Part shown: positions 4,513 to 5,676 of the stretch, in pieces
How the letters are laid out: every line of letters starts with the position of its first letter
Position numbering within the stretch: position 1 is the stretch's first letter
Origin: a virus
Strand: one strand, 5' to 3'
Virus record (IMG/VR): IMGVR_UViG_3300045988_003481
Location: 1 to 5,676 of that record
Length of the DNA stretch: 5,676 nucleotides
Notes under the pieces: generated by a model
The model's database searches: none
What the model saw: the letters and a program-made list of their open reading frames with translations, nothing else
What the model was told of the DNA's origin: nothing
Position numbers and translations under genes: made by a program

Positions 4513-4547
4513 ACCGGCACAAGATAGACAAGGAAGCTTGTGCCGGT
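4513..4547 (+). promoter_or_regulatory. Perfect 11-bp stem-loop immediately upstream of and overlapping the VP4 (rep) start region
   Basis: ACCGGCACAAG (4513-4523) pairs perfectly with CTTGTGCCGGT (4537-4547). The 13-nt loop ATAGACAAGGAAG (4524-4536) contains the only SD-like sequence for the rep gene (AAGGAAG, 4530-4536). The in-frame GTG 4540 is inside the 3' arm, and ATG 4555 is 7 nt past the stem. Confidence 0.7.
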
Positions 4548-4554
4548 AACAAAA

Positions 4555-5544
4555 ATGCCATGTACAAAACCATTAGTATTTCAGATGGACACGAAAAAAC
4601 CGCAGCTATGGGGAAGTCTGGAAAACCTATCAAAGCAAGGACTGCAAACGAACATCATGGAAGGAATCAAAAAAGGAAAATTCGCATTGTTACCATGCGG
4701 TAAGTGCGAATATTGTCGAAAACAGATGGCTGACCAATGGGCAACAAGAATAGAGCTAGAGGCCAAAGAGTGGGACGATGTGATTTTTCTAACACTGACG
4801 TATGACGATGAGCATGTTCCATACGGCGAAATCATCAAAGGCTACAGAAGCATACAAAGTCAGACAGTAAACAAACGGGACGTGCAGCTATTTTTAAAGC
4901 GACTAAGAAAAGCGTACAAGAAGCCAATAAAATACTTCCTAGCAGCTGAATACGGCGACAGAACAAAAAGACCTCACTATCACGCAATAGTATTCGGACT
5001 GAAACCACCGGATGCACAATGGTATAAAAACCAAAAAGGCAATAGCTATTTCAAAAGCGAATGGCTACAAAAAATCTGGGGCAAAGGCATGATAGACTTT
5101 TCACCAGCACAGCCGGGGAGCTTCGCATATGTAGCACAGTACGTCAACAAAAAAGCAATAGGTGCAGAGCAAGAGGCAAAATACTGGATGGAAGGTAGAG
5201 AACCTGAATTTAGAATCATGTCAAAAGGCATCGGCGAAAAGTATCTAAACGAACACAAAGATGAAATCTTGAAAACGGATAGCATCATATGCTCAGGAGG
5301 ACGCGAGAAAAGGCCTCCACGCTATTTTGATAAGATTCTAGATAAGGATACCAGCCAAGACACAGAAAGCTATTTTAGGGCACATTCTGACGAGCTGAGA
5401 GAGGTTAGAGCCAGACGGAGACGCAGTGCAATACAAAGTTTAATCAATCTCGAACAGAGCACGAGTGTAGATTATGAAACCTATCTCAACATTCAGAAAG
5501 AAAAGGACAAGCTAAGGCAAAAGTGGCGTGAACCAAAAGAATGA
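4555..5544 (+). CDS. Replication initiation protein VP4 (phiX174 A-like HUH rolling-circle endonuclease)
   Basis: It carries the three RCR motifs: I FLTLTY (nt 4786-4803), II PHYHAIVFG (HUH; HYHAIVFG at nt 4975-4998), and III YVAQYVNKK with two Tyr spaced by 3 residues (nt 5128-5154). It also has the CGKCEYC cysteine cluster and an MPC..P N-terminus typical of gokushovirus VP4. The start is ambiguous: ATG 4555 is preferred on N-terminal similarity, but GTG 4540 is 3-5 nt from the SD-like AAGGAAG. Confidence 0.93.
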   Translation: MPCTKPLVFQMDTKKPQLWGSLENLSKQGLQTNIMEGIKKGKFALLPCGKCEYCRKQMADQWATRIELEAKEWDDVIFLTLTYDDEHVPYGEIIKGYRSIQSQTVNKRDVQLFLKRLRKAYKKPIKYFLAAEYGDRTKRPHYHAIVFGLKPPDAQWYKNQKGNSYFKSEWLQKIWGKGMIDFSPAQPGSFAYVAQYVNKKAIGAEQEAKYWMEGREPEFRIMSKGIGEKYLNEHKDEILKTDSIICSGGREKRPPRYFDKILDKDTSQDTESYFRAHSDELREVRARRRRSAIQSLINLEQSTSVDYETYLNIQKEKDKLRQKWREPKE

Positions 5545-5577
5545 CGCGCACAGCGCTAAAAAGGAATGGATTAGCCG

Positions 5578-5676
5578 AGCTCCGCATACGCTACGCACGG
5601 CAAGGCGCTAAAGCGCCATTCAAAACAAAGGAGCAAAACCGACTGCTAATATATCAATTAAAATTTCAAAAAAAAC
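5578..5676. repeat. Terminal direct repeat, copy 2 (assembly overlap of a circular genome)
   Basis: Identical to positions 1-99. Confidence 0.97.

Noticed and set aside
270-5288. All 17 minus-strand ORFs in the supplied track (60-155 aa; for example 481-846, 1213-1680, 2957-3385, 3285-3674, 4581-4838)
   Set aside because: Each lies antisense to a well-supported + strand gene or to the repeat region. None has a recognisable motif. Their products are Cys/Arg/Phe/Leu-rich, typical of the reverse complement of an A/G-rich coding strand. Microviridae transcribe one strand only.
1-5676. Prophage, temperate lifestyle or a mobile element
   Set aside because: I recognise no integrase, recombinase, transposase, dif/att-like site or flanking host gene. 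The end repeats are explained by circular assembly, not by target-site duplication or LTRs.

Overview
This window is a complete circular genome of an ssDNA phage of the family Microviridae, with Gokushovirinae-type gene content and order. Positions 1-99 repeat exactly at 5578-5676, so the unit genome is 5577 nt and the window is one circle plus a 99-nt assembly overlap. All credible genes are on the + strand. In order they are: a zinc Peptidase-M15-type cell-wall hydrolase (156-548); three ORFs under 60 aa that are missing from the supplied ORF track (614-694, 694-810, 840-956), the middle one resembling the small basic J/VP8-type DNA-packaging protein; a VP5-like small protein (969-1223); a VP3-like internal scaffolding protein (1210-1635); the VP1/F-family major capsid protein (1661-3319); the VP2/H-like pilot protein (3358-4215); and the VP4/A-like HUH rolling-circle replication initiator (4555-5544). 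Terminator-like hairpins follow VP1 and VP2. The most unusual part is the 339-nt VP2-VP4 non-coding region. It holds eight same-orientation copies of TTCAACA (five as perfect GTTTTCAACA) that I found nowhere else in the genome. These are interleaved with three perfect inverted repeats, a DnaA-box-like element and a heptamer resembling the phiX174 nick site. I see no tRNA, rRNA, CRISPR array, integrase or transposase. I judge the minus-strand ORFs in the track to be shadows of the + strand genes. All family assignments come from motif recognition by eye, not from database searches.
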